NCBI GenBank assembly: GCA_964573245.1
Contig: CAZNJA010000018.1
Span: 1 to 20,218, forward strand
Source: an uncultured bacterium
GTDB lineage: Bacteria; CAIJMQ01
DNA: 20,218 nt
Direction of reading: 5' to 3'
Part shown: positions 1 to 8,372 of the stretch, in pieces
Position numbering within the stretch: the first letter of the stretch is position 1
Layout: the number at the start of each line of letters is the position of its first letter
The notes under the pieces: model-generated
What the model was told of the DNA's origin: nothing
The model's database searches: none
The model's input: only the letters and a program-made list of their open reading frames with translations
Position numbers and translations under genes: made by a program

Positions 1-2
1 CT

Positions 3-95
3 TATACAGATGGTGAAGAAGGATTAAAGGTTTTGAAGGTTTTGGAAGAAGCGGAACGAGCTATTTCCTCTAAAAAAGATAAGGTGGAACTATGA
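3..95 (+). CDS. 3' end of a Gfo/Idh/MocA-family oxidoreductase, probably WbpB/WlbA-like UDP-GlcNAcA 3-dehydrogenase (partial; begins before the window)
   Basis: Frame 3 reads YTDGEEGLKVLKVLEEAERAISSKKDKVEL* (TGA 93-95), the typical 'TDGxEGLxVLxVL' C-terminal helix of this family. It overlaps the wbpD-like start (ATGA), and wbpB-wbpD-wbpE is the usual gene set. Confidence 0.65.
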   Translation, partial: YTDGEEGLKVLKVLEEAERAISSKKDKVEL

Positions 96-682
96 ATAAT
101 TCCGAAAAGAAAGATTACTTTGTCCATTCGTCTTCCTGCATTGATGAAAATGTAAAAATCGGCAAAGGAACCAAAATATGGCATTTCTCGCACATTTTAG
201 AAGGCTCGGATGTGGGAGAAAATTGCATCATAGGACAGAATGTTGTAATAGGGCCTGATGTAAAAGTCGGCAATGGTTGCAAGATTCAAAATAATGTATC
301 TTTATATAAAGGGATTACGCTTGAAGATGGAGTTTTTTGCGGACCTTCCTGTGTTTTTACAAATGTCATAAATCCAAGAGCTTTTATTGTAAGGAAGGAA
401 GAATACCGCCCCACTCTACTTAAACAAGGCGCAACAATCGGAGCAAATGCGACTGTAATTTGCGGCATTACTATCGGCAGTTTTGCTTTTATAGGCGCAG
501 GAGCAGTGGTTGCAAAAGATATTCCTGATTTTGGGCTGGTTTATGGTAACCCTGCCAAATTACAAGGGTGGATGTGCGAATGCGGTATTAAGTTAGAGTT
601 TGAAGGAGATAAAGCAATTTGCAAGGTGTGCAAGAAAGAATACGAACAAATAAATAATAACAAAATTAGAAGGAAAAAATAG
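92..682 (+). CDS. wbpD: WbpD/WlbB-like hexapeptide-repeat N-acetyltransferase (UDP-2-acetamido-3-amino-2,3-dideoxy-glucuronate N-acetyltransferase)
   Basis: Left-handed beta-helix repeats with KIWHFSHI, KIQNNVSLY, FCGPSCVFTNVINPRA, GATIGANAT and YGNPAK, plus a C-terminal CECG...CKVC zinc ribbon. Confidence 0.9.
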   Translation: MNNSEKKDYFVHSSSCIDENVKIGKGTKIWHFSHILEGSDVGENCIIGQNVVIGPDVKVGNGCKIQNNVSLYKGITLEDGVFCGPSCVFTNVINPRAFIVRKEEYRPTLLKQGATIGANATVICGITIGSFAFIGAGAVVAKDIPDFGLVYGNPAKLQGWMCECGIKLEFEGDKAICKVCKKEYEQINNNKIRRKK

Positions 683-685
683 ACA

Positions 686-1786
686 ATGAAAATACCTTTA
701 ACAAACTTAAAAAAACAATATCAGACAATAAAAGAAGAAATTGATTCGGCGATTGAGCAAGTAATCACAAAAACGAATTTTATTCTGGGTAACGAAGTGG
801 AAGAATTTGAAAAAGAAATAGCGAAATATTTTGCCGCCAAATTCGCCGTAGGAGTTGCTTCCGGTACGGATGCTTTAATTTTAGCGCTTAAAGCTTTGGA
901 TATCGGCGAAGGGGATGAAGTAATAACAACGCCTTTTACATTCATTGCCACGGCAGAAGCAATTACAAGGGCAGGCGCAAAGCCGGTATTTTGTGATATA
1001 GACGAAAAGACCTATAACATAGATGCCGAGAAAATAGAAGAAAAAATAACACCAAAAACAAAAGCAATTCTTCCTGTTCATCTCTATGGATTGCCATGTG
1101 AGATGGATAAAATCCTATCTTTATCCCAAAAATACAACCTTAAAATAGTAGAAGACGCTGCCCAAAGTTTCGGAGCAAAATATAAAGATAAAAAAGCAGG
1201 TACTATCGGCGACATGGGATGTTTCAGCTTCTTTCCGGCAAAAAACCTGGGCGCTTTCGGCGACGGGGGAATGGTAATTACAAACAACGAAAAAACAATG
1301 CAGAAATTAAAATATTTGAGAAATCACGGACAGACCAGACAATATCATTACACCATGCACGGATTTAACAGTAGATTAGACACATTGCAAGCAGCTATCT
1401 TGAAAGTTAAATTAAACCATATAGATAAATGGATAACAATGCGTCGGGGAAATGCGGAATATTACAAAAAACTTTTCTCGGGAAGCAATGTTACCATCCC
1501 TTTTATTCCTGATTATGTCGAAGATTCCTTTAACTATTATACAATCCGCATTAAAGAAAAAAGAGACGCAGTCCTAACACACTTAAAAGAAAACGGTATA
1601 GCTGCCGCAATATACTACCCGTTGTGCCTGCATCTTCAGGAAGTCTACAAAAGTCCGGGACACGGGTTGGGTGATTTCCCGGTTGCCGAAAAATTGCAAA
1701 ATGAAGTATTGTCGCTTCCTATGTATCCCGAACTTGAGAAAAAAGAAATGGAAGAAGTAGTCACCCAAATAAAAGAAGTATTATGA
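686..1786 (+). CDS. wbpE: DegT/DnrJ/EryC1/StrS PLP aminotransferase, WbpE/WlbC-like
   Basis: Motifs SGTDAL, GDEVITTPFTFIAT, PVHLYG, EDAAQSFG, SFFPAKNLG (PLP lysine), NSRLDTLQAA and LSLPMYP. Adjacent to the wbpD-like gene. Confidence 0.85.
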   Translation: MKIPLTNLKKQYQTIKEEIDSAIEQVITKTNFILGNEVEEFEKEIAKYFAAKFAVGVASGTDALILALKALDIGEGDEVITTPFTFIATAEAITRAGAKPVFCDIDEKTYNIDAEKIEEKITPKTKAILPVHLYGLPCEMDKILSLSQKYNLKIVEDAAQSFGAKYKDKKAGTIGDMGCFSFFPAKNLGAFGDGGMVITNNEKTMQKLKYLRNHGQTRQYHYTMHGFNSRLDTLQAAILKVKLNHIDKWITMRRGNAEYYKKLFSGSNVTIPFIPDYVEDSFNYYTIRIKEKRDAVLTHLKENGIAAAIYYPLCLHLQEVYKSPGHGLGDFPVAEKLQNEVLSLPMYPELEKKEMEEVVTQIKEVL

Positions 1787-1827
1787 AAGTAGTAAAATCG
1801 ACTATAAACTCACAAGGGGGATGAAAA

Positions 1828-2628
1828 ATGAGCGAGCAAAAACATTTAGATAACGAAGCTGATTTAAAAGATTATATTAATGTTATGATTAAAAGAAAAA
1901 AAACAATTTTAATCATATTTTCCCTGTGCGTAATTATTGCAACTGTTATTAGTTTCTTAAGACCGAAAGCATATGAAGCTGCCACAATAATAAGCATCCC
2001 AACCCCAACACATATTGCTGTTTCAAAACCTTTAATGCAAAAAGGTGAAGCTATTCAAAAACTTAAAACGGGAAAAATATTAATACCCGTAATTCAAACA
2101 TTCAATCTAGGCATAGACGGATTTACGCTTGAAAAAATGATGAAGACGGAAAATATCGAAAACACAAATCTTCTTAAGCTAAAAATACAATATGAAGATC
2201 CTCAATTGGCGGTAAAAATCTGCAATGCCATTGCCGACTATTTCGTCCAACAAGCCAATGAGATTCGAGACGAAAGATTATCTCCAATAAATGAGAAAAT
2301 AGGCGATTTGAGAAAAAGAAGTGAAATAATTGAAAAAGAAATACAAAAACTCAACCAAATGCTCTCGTCTGAAATATCCAATGTTGATTTTGTTATTCTG
2401 CAAAATGCTTTATCTAATTATCAAACTCTCTACTTCAATATAAACGGGGAAATTTATTTATTAAGAAAAGAGTTGATGGATTATCAGCTATTTGAAGTTT
2501 TTGAACCTGCTACTATGTCTGTAAACATTAAACCGAACAAACGGCTAAATATTACTGCTTCTGCAATTTTAGGATTGATAATTGGAATCTTTGCTGCATT
2601 CCTGCAGGAATTTGCAAGGAATAACTGA
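1828..2628 (+). CDS. wzz: Wzz-type polysaccharide chain-length determinant (short form)
   Basis: N-terminal 'DLKDYINVMIKRKK' followed by a TM helix and 'PKAYEA', a central coiled coil, and C-terminal 'KPNKRLNITASAILGLIIGIF' TM helix. GGGGGA Shine-Dalgarno-like sequence just upstream. Confidence 0.85.
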   Translation: MSEQKHLDNEADLKDYINVMIKRKKTILIIFSLCVIIATVISFLRPKAYEAATIISIPTPTHIAVSKPLMQKGEAIQKLKTGKILIPVIQTFNLGIDGFTLEKMMKTENIENTNLLKLKIQYEDPQLAVKICNAIADYFVQQANEIRDERLSPINEKIGDLRKRSEIIEKEIQKLNQMLSSEISNVDFVILQNALSNYQTLYFNINGEIYLLRKELMDYQLFEVFEPATMSVNIKPNKRLNITASAILGLIIGIFAAFLQEFARNN

Positions 2629-2636
2629 ATTTGGAA

Positions 2637-2660
2637 TAGAATTTTTATTATAATAATAAA
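2637..2660 (+). promoter_or_regulatory. Possible internal promoter or regulatory site upstream of neuB
   Basis: Very AT-rich spacer with TATAAT at 2649-2654 inside the inverted repeat TTTATTA-taa-TAATAAA (2644-2660). No convincing -35 box at canonical spacing. Confidence 0.25.
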
Positions 2661-2675
2661 TACGGTGCAAAAATA

Positions 2676-3689
2676 ATGCCGAAAAAAGATAAGTGTTTAA
2701 TAGTTGCCGAAGTCGCTCAAGCCCATGAAGGAAGCCTGGGAATAGCGCATGCTTTTATAGACGCTATAGCCAGTGCCGGTGCTGATGCGGTAAAGTTCCA
2801 AACGCATATTGCCAGTGAAGAGAGCACTCTACAGGAAGAATGGCGTGTTAAATTTAGCCAGCAGGATGTTACGCGTTATGATTACTGGAAACGAATGGAC
2901 TTCACTGAAGAGCAGTGGAGTGGGCTTAAAAAACATTCGGAGGAAAAAGGGTTATTATTTATCAGTTCGCCATTTTCAATTAAAGCAGTCCAACTTCTTG
3001 CGCGAATCGGCATAGACGCATGGAAAATACCGTCTGGAGAAGTAAACAACACGCCAATGTTTGAAGAGATGGCAAAAACAAAGTTGCCGTTTATTCTGTC
3101 TACCGGAATGAGCTTTATTAAGGAAATTGATGAAGCCGTAAAAAAGGTCAAAAAGTTCAATATCCCATTAACGATTTTACAATGCACAACCGAATATCCT
3201 TGTCCGCCGGAAAAAATCGGTTTAAATATGATACCTTATTTCCGACAGCGTTATGATTGTAGTGTGGGACTGTCAGACCATTCCGGATATATATACCCGG
3301 GGCTTGCAGCAGCAGCGATTGGCGTTGAAATGGTAGAGGTGCATGTCACATTCAGCCGAGAAATGTTCGGTCCGGATGTAAAAGCGTCCTTGACAATCGC
3401 AGAACTGAAACAACTTGCCGAAGGAATCAGGTTCATTGAAAAAATAAAAACTAATCCCGTGGATAAAGATATTATTGCAAAAGATAAATCTAATTTACGC
3501 CAACTTTTCGGAAAAAGTATTGTAGCTAACGCTGATTTACCAAAAGGCAAAATTATAACCAAAGAAGATATAACTTTAAAAAAGCCGGGCAAAGGATTAG
3601 GAGTTGAATATTTGGATACTATTATAGGCAAACGATTGAAAAAACCATTTAAAAAAGACGAATTTTTATCAGAAAGGGATTATGAATAA
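2676..3689 (+). CDS. neuB: N-acylneuraminate (nonulosonate) synthase, NeuB family, with C-terminal SAF/antifreeze-like domain
   Basis: Motifs IVAEVAQAHEG, GADAVKFQ, SSPF, KIPSGE, LSTGMS, QCTTEYP, GLSDHS, EVHVT, and SAF-type 'KGKIITKEDITLKKPGKG'. Confidence 0.92.
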   Translation: MPKKDKCLIVAEVAQAHEGSLGIAHAFIDAIASAGADAVKFQTHIASEESTLQEEWRVKFSQQDVTRYDYWKRMDFTEEQWSGLKKHSEEKGLLFISSPFSIKAVQLLARIGIDAWKIPSGEVNNTPMFEEMAKTKLPFILSTGMSFIKEIDEAVKKVKKFNIPLTILQCTTEYPCPPEKIGLNMIPYFRQRYDCSVGLSDHSGYIYPGLAAAAIGVEMVEVHVTFSREMFGPDVKASLTIAELKQLAEGIRFIEKIKTNPVDKDIIAKDKSNLRQLFGKSIVANADLPKGKIITKEDITLKKPGKGLGVEYLDTIIGKRLKKPFKKDEFLSERDYE

Positions 3690-4857
3690 TAAAAAACGCA
3701 GAAAAATATGTGTCCTTTTGGCGGATAGAGCCAATTACGGCCGCTTAAAACCGGTAATGAAAGCCATATCTGAACATTCACAGTTACAGCTGCAAATTGT
3801 GGCCACAGGCACTATGCCCTTAGAGAGATTCGGCAAAGCAGTTAATGTCGTAGAACGAGATGGTTTTCATATTGACAGCCAGATTTTCATGGAATTGGAA
3901 GGGTCTACTCCTGTTACCATGGCTAAATCAGTAGGATTTGGGATTATCGAATTCGCCAATGAATTCCAGAGATTAAATCCCGATGTAATACTGATTATCG
4001 GTGACAGATACGAAGCATTGGCAGCTGCCATAGCCGCAGCATATATGAACAAATGCATCGTGCATATCCAAGGTGGCGAGGTTTCGGGTTCGATCGATGA
4101 AAGCGCACGCCATGCAATCTCGAAATTAGCACATTTCCATGTACCCAGCACTAAACGCTCTGCTGAATATCTCGTAAGGATGGGCGAAAAAAGGGAACAT
4201 ATCCTTACCATAGGTTGTCCGAGCAGTGATATAGCCCGTCTGCTCAATAAAAAAATATCTTCGAAAATACTAAATCAATCCGGCGGGGGAGCCGTTATCG
4301 ATATATCAAAACCTTTTTTATTGACAATATTGCATCCTACTACCACGGAATTCGGCGATGAGAGATCTCAAATTAAAGAATTATTACGTGCTTTAAATGA
4401 GTTAAAAATACAGACGGTATTATTATGGCCTAATATAGATGCCGGCTCCGACCACATAAGTAAAACCATAAGAATTTTCAGGAATAAATATCAACCTGCT
4501 TGGCTGCGCACCATAACAAATATACATCCTGAGGAGTATCTAAAAGTTCTTTCAAAGACTGTTTGTGCAGTAGGCAACTCCAGCAGCTTTGTAAGAGATG
4601 CCAGTTATTTCGGCACTCCTGTTGTGTTGGCGGGTAACAGACAAAATGGCAGGGAATTGGCTGATAGTGTGACTTGTGTGCCTGTGGTCCGGTCCGCCGG
4701 GATAACTAAGGCAATCCGCAGACAACTTGCACATGGAAAATATAAACCAAGCAATTTATACGGCGACGGATATGTTTCTGAAAGAATTGCAGATAGTTTA
4801 GCCAAAATAAATATTTATATCCAAAAAAGGATATCTTATGTGTCTGAAAAAAAATGA
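3682..4857 (+). CDS. neuC: UDP-N-acetylglucosamine 2-epimerase (hydrolysing), NeuC family
   Basis: Motifs RANYG, GDRYE, HIQGGEVSGSIDESARHAISKLAH, GCP, HPTT, PNIDAG, GNSSS and YGDG. Overlaps the neuB stop. Confidence 0.92.
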   Translation: MNNKKRRKICVLLADRANYGRLKPVMKAISEHSQLQLQIVATGTMPLERFGKAVNVVERDGFHIDSQIFMELEGSTPVTMAKSVGFGIIEFANEFQRLNPDVILIIGDRYEALAAAIAAAYMNKCIVHIQGGEVSGSIDESARHAISKLAHFHVPSTKRSAEYLVRMGEKREHILTIGCPSSDIARLLNKKISSKILNQSGGGAVIDISKPFLLTILHPTTTEFGDERSQIKELLRALNELKIQTVLLWPNIDAGSDHISKTIRIFRNKYQPAWLRTITNIHPEEYLKVLSKTVCAVGNSSSFVRDASYFGTPVVLAGNRQNGRELADSVTCVPVVRSAGITKAIRRQLAHGKYKPSNLYGDGYVSERIADSLAKINIYIQKRISYVSEKK

Positions 4858-5798
4858 ATCCAACTTATAAAGTAATTTATCTCGGACCAAAGGAAGGTTT
4901 TGATGCAGCTTACGAAGTATTAAAATCGCATGCAGAATTAATCAATATCCGCACTGAACAAGAAGAAATTATAAAAGCTTTGAGTTCAGCAGACGCCCTT
5001 CTTGATGCTTCCATGAAAGTGTCAATAACAGATGCTATGATTAAGAATGCACCGCATCTGAAGCTCATTAGTTGTGCAACCACGGGCTCGGACCATATCC
5101 ATCGCACCGAAATTACTCAACGGGGCATTCAAGTTTATACCCTTAAGGAAGACCCCAAAATCATCCAGAATCTTACTCCGGCGGCAGAGTTATCTTGGGC
5201 TCTGCTTTTGGCATGCGCACGTAAACTCACTGCCGCAGCAGAACATGTAAGAAATGGGAATTGGGTACGCGAAGAATTTCCCGGAGTTATGCTTAAAGGC
5301 AAACAGCTCGGTATTGTCGGCTGTGGCAGAATAGGCAACTGGATGGCGCACTATGCACATGCGTTTGGCATGAGAGTTGTAGGTTATGATCCTTATCTTG
5401 CTGAATTTCCCGAGGAAATAAAAAAAACTGACCTTTTATCACTTTTCAAAACATCGGACTTTATCTCGGTTCATGTCCATTTGACCAAAGACACAAAAGG
5501 ATTAATATCCTCTGAACTCTTTTCAAAGATTAAACGGGGAGCTATTTTTATAAACACCTCACGCGGCGGGCTCATTGACGAGACATCTCTACTTGATGCA
5601 CTAAAGTCCGGTCGCATTGCTGCAGCAGGATTAGATGTATTAGACGGCGAACCTGACATTGCCGAGCACTCTCTTGTCAAATACGCCCGCTCACATAGTA
5701 ATCTTATAATTACTCCTCATTGCGGCGGGTTTAGTCCTGATGCGGTAAAGATAGTTTGTAGACATGCTGCAGGCAAAATTATAAAACATTTGACTTAA
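4854..5798 (+). CDS. D-isomer-specific 2-hydroxyacid dehydrogenase (SerA/GhrB-like catalytic core, no ACT domain)
   Basis: TGSDHI, AAEL, GIVGCGRIG (NAD binding), YDPY, INTSRGGLIDE (Arg), LDVLDGEP (Glu) and ITPHCGG (His). ATGA overlap with neuC. Confidence 0.9.
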   Translation: MNPTYKVIYLGPKEGFDAAYEVLKSHAELINIRTEQEEIIKALSSADALLDASMKVSITDAMIKNAPHLKLISCATTGSDHIHRTEITQRGIQVYTLKEDPKIIQNLTPAAELSWALLLACARKLTAAAEHVRNGNWVREEFPGVMLKGKQLGIVGCGRIGNWMAHYAHAFGMRVVGYDPYLAEFPEEIKKTDLLSLFKTSDFISVHVHLTKDTKGLISSELFSKIKRGAIFINTSRGGLIDETSLLDALKSGRIAAAGLDVLDGEPDIAEHSLVKYARSHSNLIITPHCGGFSPDAVKIVCRHAAGKIIKHLT

Positions 5799-5803
5799 TT
5801 CCT

Positions 5804-7348
5804 ATGAATCGCTTAGCAAAATTAGCCAAGGATATTGCTGACTCGGGTATCACAAAGGTTTTTGGAATTCCCGGCAGTGGTGCTAGTCTTGAGTTGATAG
5901 ACCAACTTGAGAAGCATGGAGTTAGATTTTATCTTACTCATTTTGAAGCATCAGCCGCTATTATGGCAGGAACAACCGGTTATTTGACCGGCCATGCAGG
6001 CGTTGCTATATGCATAAAGGGTCCCGGGTTAGCAAATATGGTTCCAGGGCTTGCCTTTTGTCAATTTGAAAATTATCCCCTGGTGGCTATATCAGAGGCA
6101 TACGCTCCAGACACACCTATGACAAAAGCCCATAAACGTATAGACCACGAAAAATTAACAGCTGCTGTAGTTAAAGGAAGAAGAGCACTAGCAGAGCAAG
6201 GTCCTGATTTCAAGAAACTTGCTTTATGGGCTGAAGAAGAGTTGCCGGCGCCTGTGCTTTTTGAACTTCCCAATTCAGTTATTACTAATGAAGAGGCTAT
6301 TCCTATAAATGAGATACATGTTAAAGGGGATATTGAAAATCTTGTTTCAAAATCGCAAAGGCCGGTAATCGTTGCCGGAACTTTAGCTGTCCGCAAAAAA
6401 TGGTCAAAATTCTTAAATAAACTTCATATACCAATTTTTTCAACAGCCGCCGCAAAGGGAGTAGTAGATGAAACACTCCCCCACTCCGCCGGCGTATTTA
6501 CAGGCGCTGGTTTAAAGCTTACTCCCGAAAAAAATATATTGCCTTCAGCTGATTTAGTAATAGGAATAGGACTGCGACCTAATGAAGTATTGCAAGCCAA
6601 ACCTTTTAACAGTCCTACTGTTAATATCACTTTGTCTGCAGATTCTTTAGCTGAAAAAGCTTTTGGTTTTATTGCAACAGCCGGTTGTGAAGCCGGAGAA
6701 AAAATGTTTGAAATACTCATCGAAAAAAAATGGGGATTAGAGAAGCTGGCTTCTTGTTTAAAAGAATTACGCCACCATATGTTAGACACTTCATTTCTAC
6801 CTGCTCACGTATTCGAATTACTAGAACAACATTTTGCTCATAATGTCCGTATTGTTATGGATACGGGCAATTTCTGCACTATTGGTGAACACATGTGGCA
6901 CAGCCGAGAAACCTCGCAGTGCATTTTATCCGGACAGGCAAGATATATGGGAACTGCTCTTCCAGTGGGAACAGCAGCTTCACTTCATACACCGGAAATA
7001 CCCACTGTAGTTATTGCAGGTGACGGCGGCATCGGACCATTTATTTCGGAGATAAAATTAGCAGTCCAAAACCATCTTCCTCTTTTATTGATACTTATGA
7101 GCGACGGGGGATTTGGCTCCATACGTATCCGGGCCCGTAAAGACGGTTTAACACTTAAACCATTGACTATAGATAATCCTTCCTGGGTTTCTGTCTTAGC
7201 CGGGTTTGGCGTTCCGGGATTTCGCACTAAAACTCTTAAAGAATTCCGAAACCGCCTTGAAAAATGGTCTCCTCAGTCTGGACCTTTATTTTTGGAGGTT
7301 CCATTTGCCCCTGATATTTATGAGCAAATGGTATATGATATTCGCTAA
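5804..7348 (+). CDS. Thiamine diphosphate-dependent enzyme, acetolactate synthase/decarboxylase superfamily; substrate unknown
   Basis: VFGIPG, catalytic Glu in HFEASAAIMA, GPGLAN, KGVVDE, ADLVIGIG, MGTALP and the ThDP/Mg motif GDGG...SDGGFG. Confidence 0.88.
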   Translation: MNRLAKLAKDIADSGITKVFGIPGSGASLELIDQLEKHGVRFYLTHFEASAAIMAGTTGYLTGHAGVAICIKGPGLANMVPGLAFCQFENYPLVAISEAYAPDTPMTKAHKRIDHEKLTAAVVKGRRALAEQGPDFKKLALWAEEELPAPVLFELPNSVITNEEAIPINEIHVKGDIENLVSKSQRPVIVAGTLAVRKKWSKFLNKLHIPIFSTAAAKGVVDETLPHSAGVFTGAGLKLTPEKNILPSADLVIGIGLRPNEVLQAKPFNSPTVNITLSADSLAEKAFGFIATAGCEAGEKMFEILIEKKWGLEKLASCLKELRHHMLDTSFLPAHVFELLEQHFAHNVRIVMDTGNFCTIGEHMWHSRETSQCILSGQARYMGTALPVGTAASLHTPEIPTVVIAGDGGIGPFISEIKLAVQNHLPLLLILMSDGGFGSIRIRARKDGLTLKPLTIDNPSWVSVLAGFGVPGFRTKTLKEFRNRLEKWSPQSGPLFLEVPFAPDIYEQMVYDIR

Positions 7349-7361
7349 AAGGAAATAAAAA

Positions 7362-8372
7362 ATGTCTGAAAAGCATATTCTAATTGTTGGAAGCGGCAGT
7401 GTGGGTAAGCGACATGCACGCAATTTGTCAGCCATGGGTTGCAGGATTTCCTGCATTGACCCAAAACCCGGACGTCAAAAAGAACTTTCAGCAGAAATAC
7501 CCGTTGAAGCTACATACGATAACATGAAGCAAGCTTCCCAAAATAAAAGCGACTTTGGTGTTGTTATTTGTTCCCCGCCTCTATACCACGTCGAGCAAAC
7601 TCTTACGGCTATTGGCTGGCAACTTCCTATATTATTGGAAAAACCGATTTCCCCTGATTTGAAAAGCGCGCTCAAATTGGCAGATAGAGTTAAAAAGGGA
7701 AAAATCCCGCTCTTATTAGGATATACCTGGCGTTGGTGGAAACCATTAAAGCGTGTTCGCCAATTGCTCGCAAAAAAGCATATAGGCAAACTTTTATATG
7801 TTCAGTTCGTCATGTCAGCTCATCTTGCAGATTGGCATCCGTGGGAAAATTACAAGGATTTTTTCATGGCAAGCAAATCTCTCGGAGGAGGAGCGCTTTT
7901 AGACGAAAGCCATTGGGTTGATTTGATGATTTGGTTCTTTGGCATGCCAAAAAGTGTATTTGCGAGAATAGAAAAGATCAGCAATCTGAAAATCGAGACC
8001 GATGATAACGTCAATATGTTTATAGAGTATCCGAAAGGATTAAGAGTAAGTATACACCTTGACCTTTTCGGAAGACCTCACGAAAAATATATTTCTTTTG
8101 TGGGTGAAAAAGGGACACTGCGTTGGTCGGCAGACCCAAACCAAATTTCCATAGGACGCCAAATGACGCATTCATGGAAAAAAATACCTTACGCCTGTGA
8201 AAGGAACGATATGTTTGTCGACGTGGCAAAAGAATTCCTTCATGTCATAAAAGGCGGAAAAATCAAGACATGTTCCATTGAGGACGGGGTTAAAGTCCTA
8301 CAAGTTATTGAAGCCGCACGAAGAAGTCATTCTATAAAAAGTATAGTAACTCTAAAAACAAAGGGAAATTAA
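7362..8372 (+). CDS. Gfo/Idh/MocA-family NAD(P)-dependent oxidoreductase
   Basis: IVGSGSVGKRH Rossmann motif, LLEKP, GGGALLDESHWVD and C-terminal 'EDGVKVLQVI'. AAGGA Shine-Dalgarno upstream. Confidence 0.9.
   Translation: MSEKHILIVGSGSVGKRHARNLSAMGCRISCIDPKPGRQKELSAEIPVEATYDNMKQASQNKSDFGVVICSPPLYHVEQTLTAIGWQLPILLEKPISPDLKSALKLADRVKKGKIPLLLGYTWRWWKPLKRVRQLLAKKHIGKLLYVQFVMSAHLADWHPWENYKDFFMASKSLGGGALLDESHWVDLMIWFFGMPKSVFARIEKISNLKIETDDNVNMFIEYPKGLRVSIHLDLFGRPHEKYISFVGEKGTLRWSADPNQISIGRQMTHSWKKIPYACERNDMFVDVAKEFLHVIKGGKIKTCSIEDGVKVLQVIEAARRSHSIKSIVTLKTKGN

Noticed and set aside
2208-2216. GGCGGTAA resembling an ops/JUMPstart element
   Set aside because: It lies inside the wzz coding sequence and is only a partial match.
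4847-6730. A8 homopolymers (4847-4854, 6723-6730) as phase-variation tracts
   Set aside because: Short A runs are expected in Lys-rich, AT-rich coding DNA. Frames are intact and there are no long G/C tracts.
4854-7348. Housekeeping serA and ilvB amino-acid biosynthesis genes
   Set aside because: No ACT domain, no regulatory subunit, no other ser/ilv genes, and both are embedded in the neu cassette.
5804-7348. Phosphonate pathway (phosphonopyruvate decarboxylase plus dehydrogenase)
   Set aside because: No PEP mutase in the window, and the protein has the three-domain acetolactate-synthase-like layout rather than the shorter Ppd layout.
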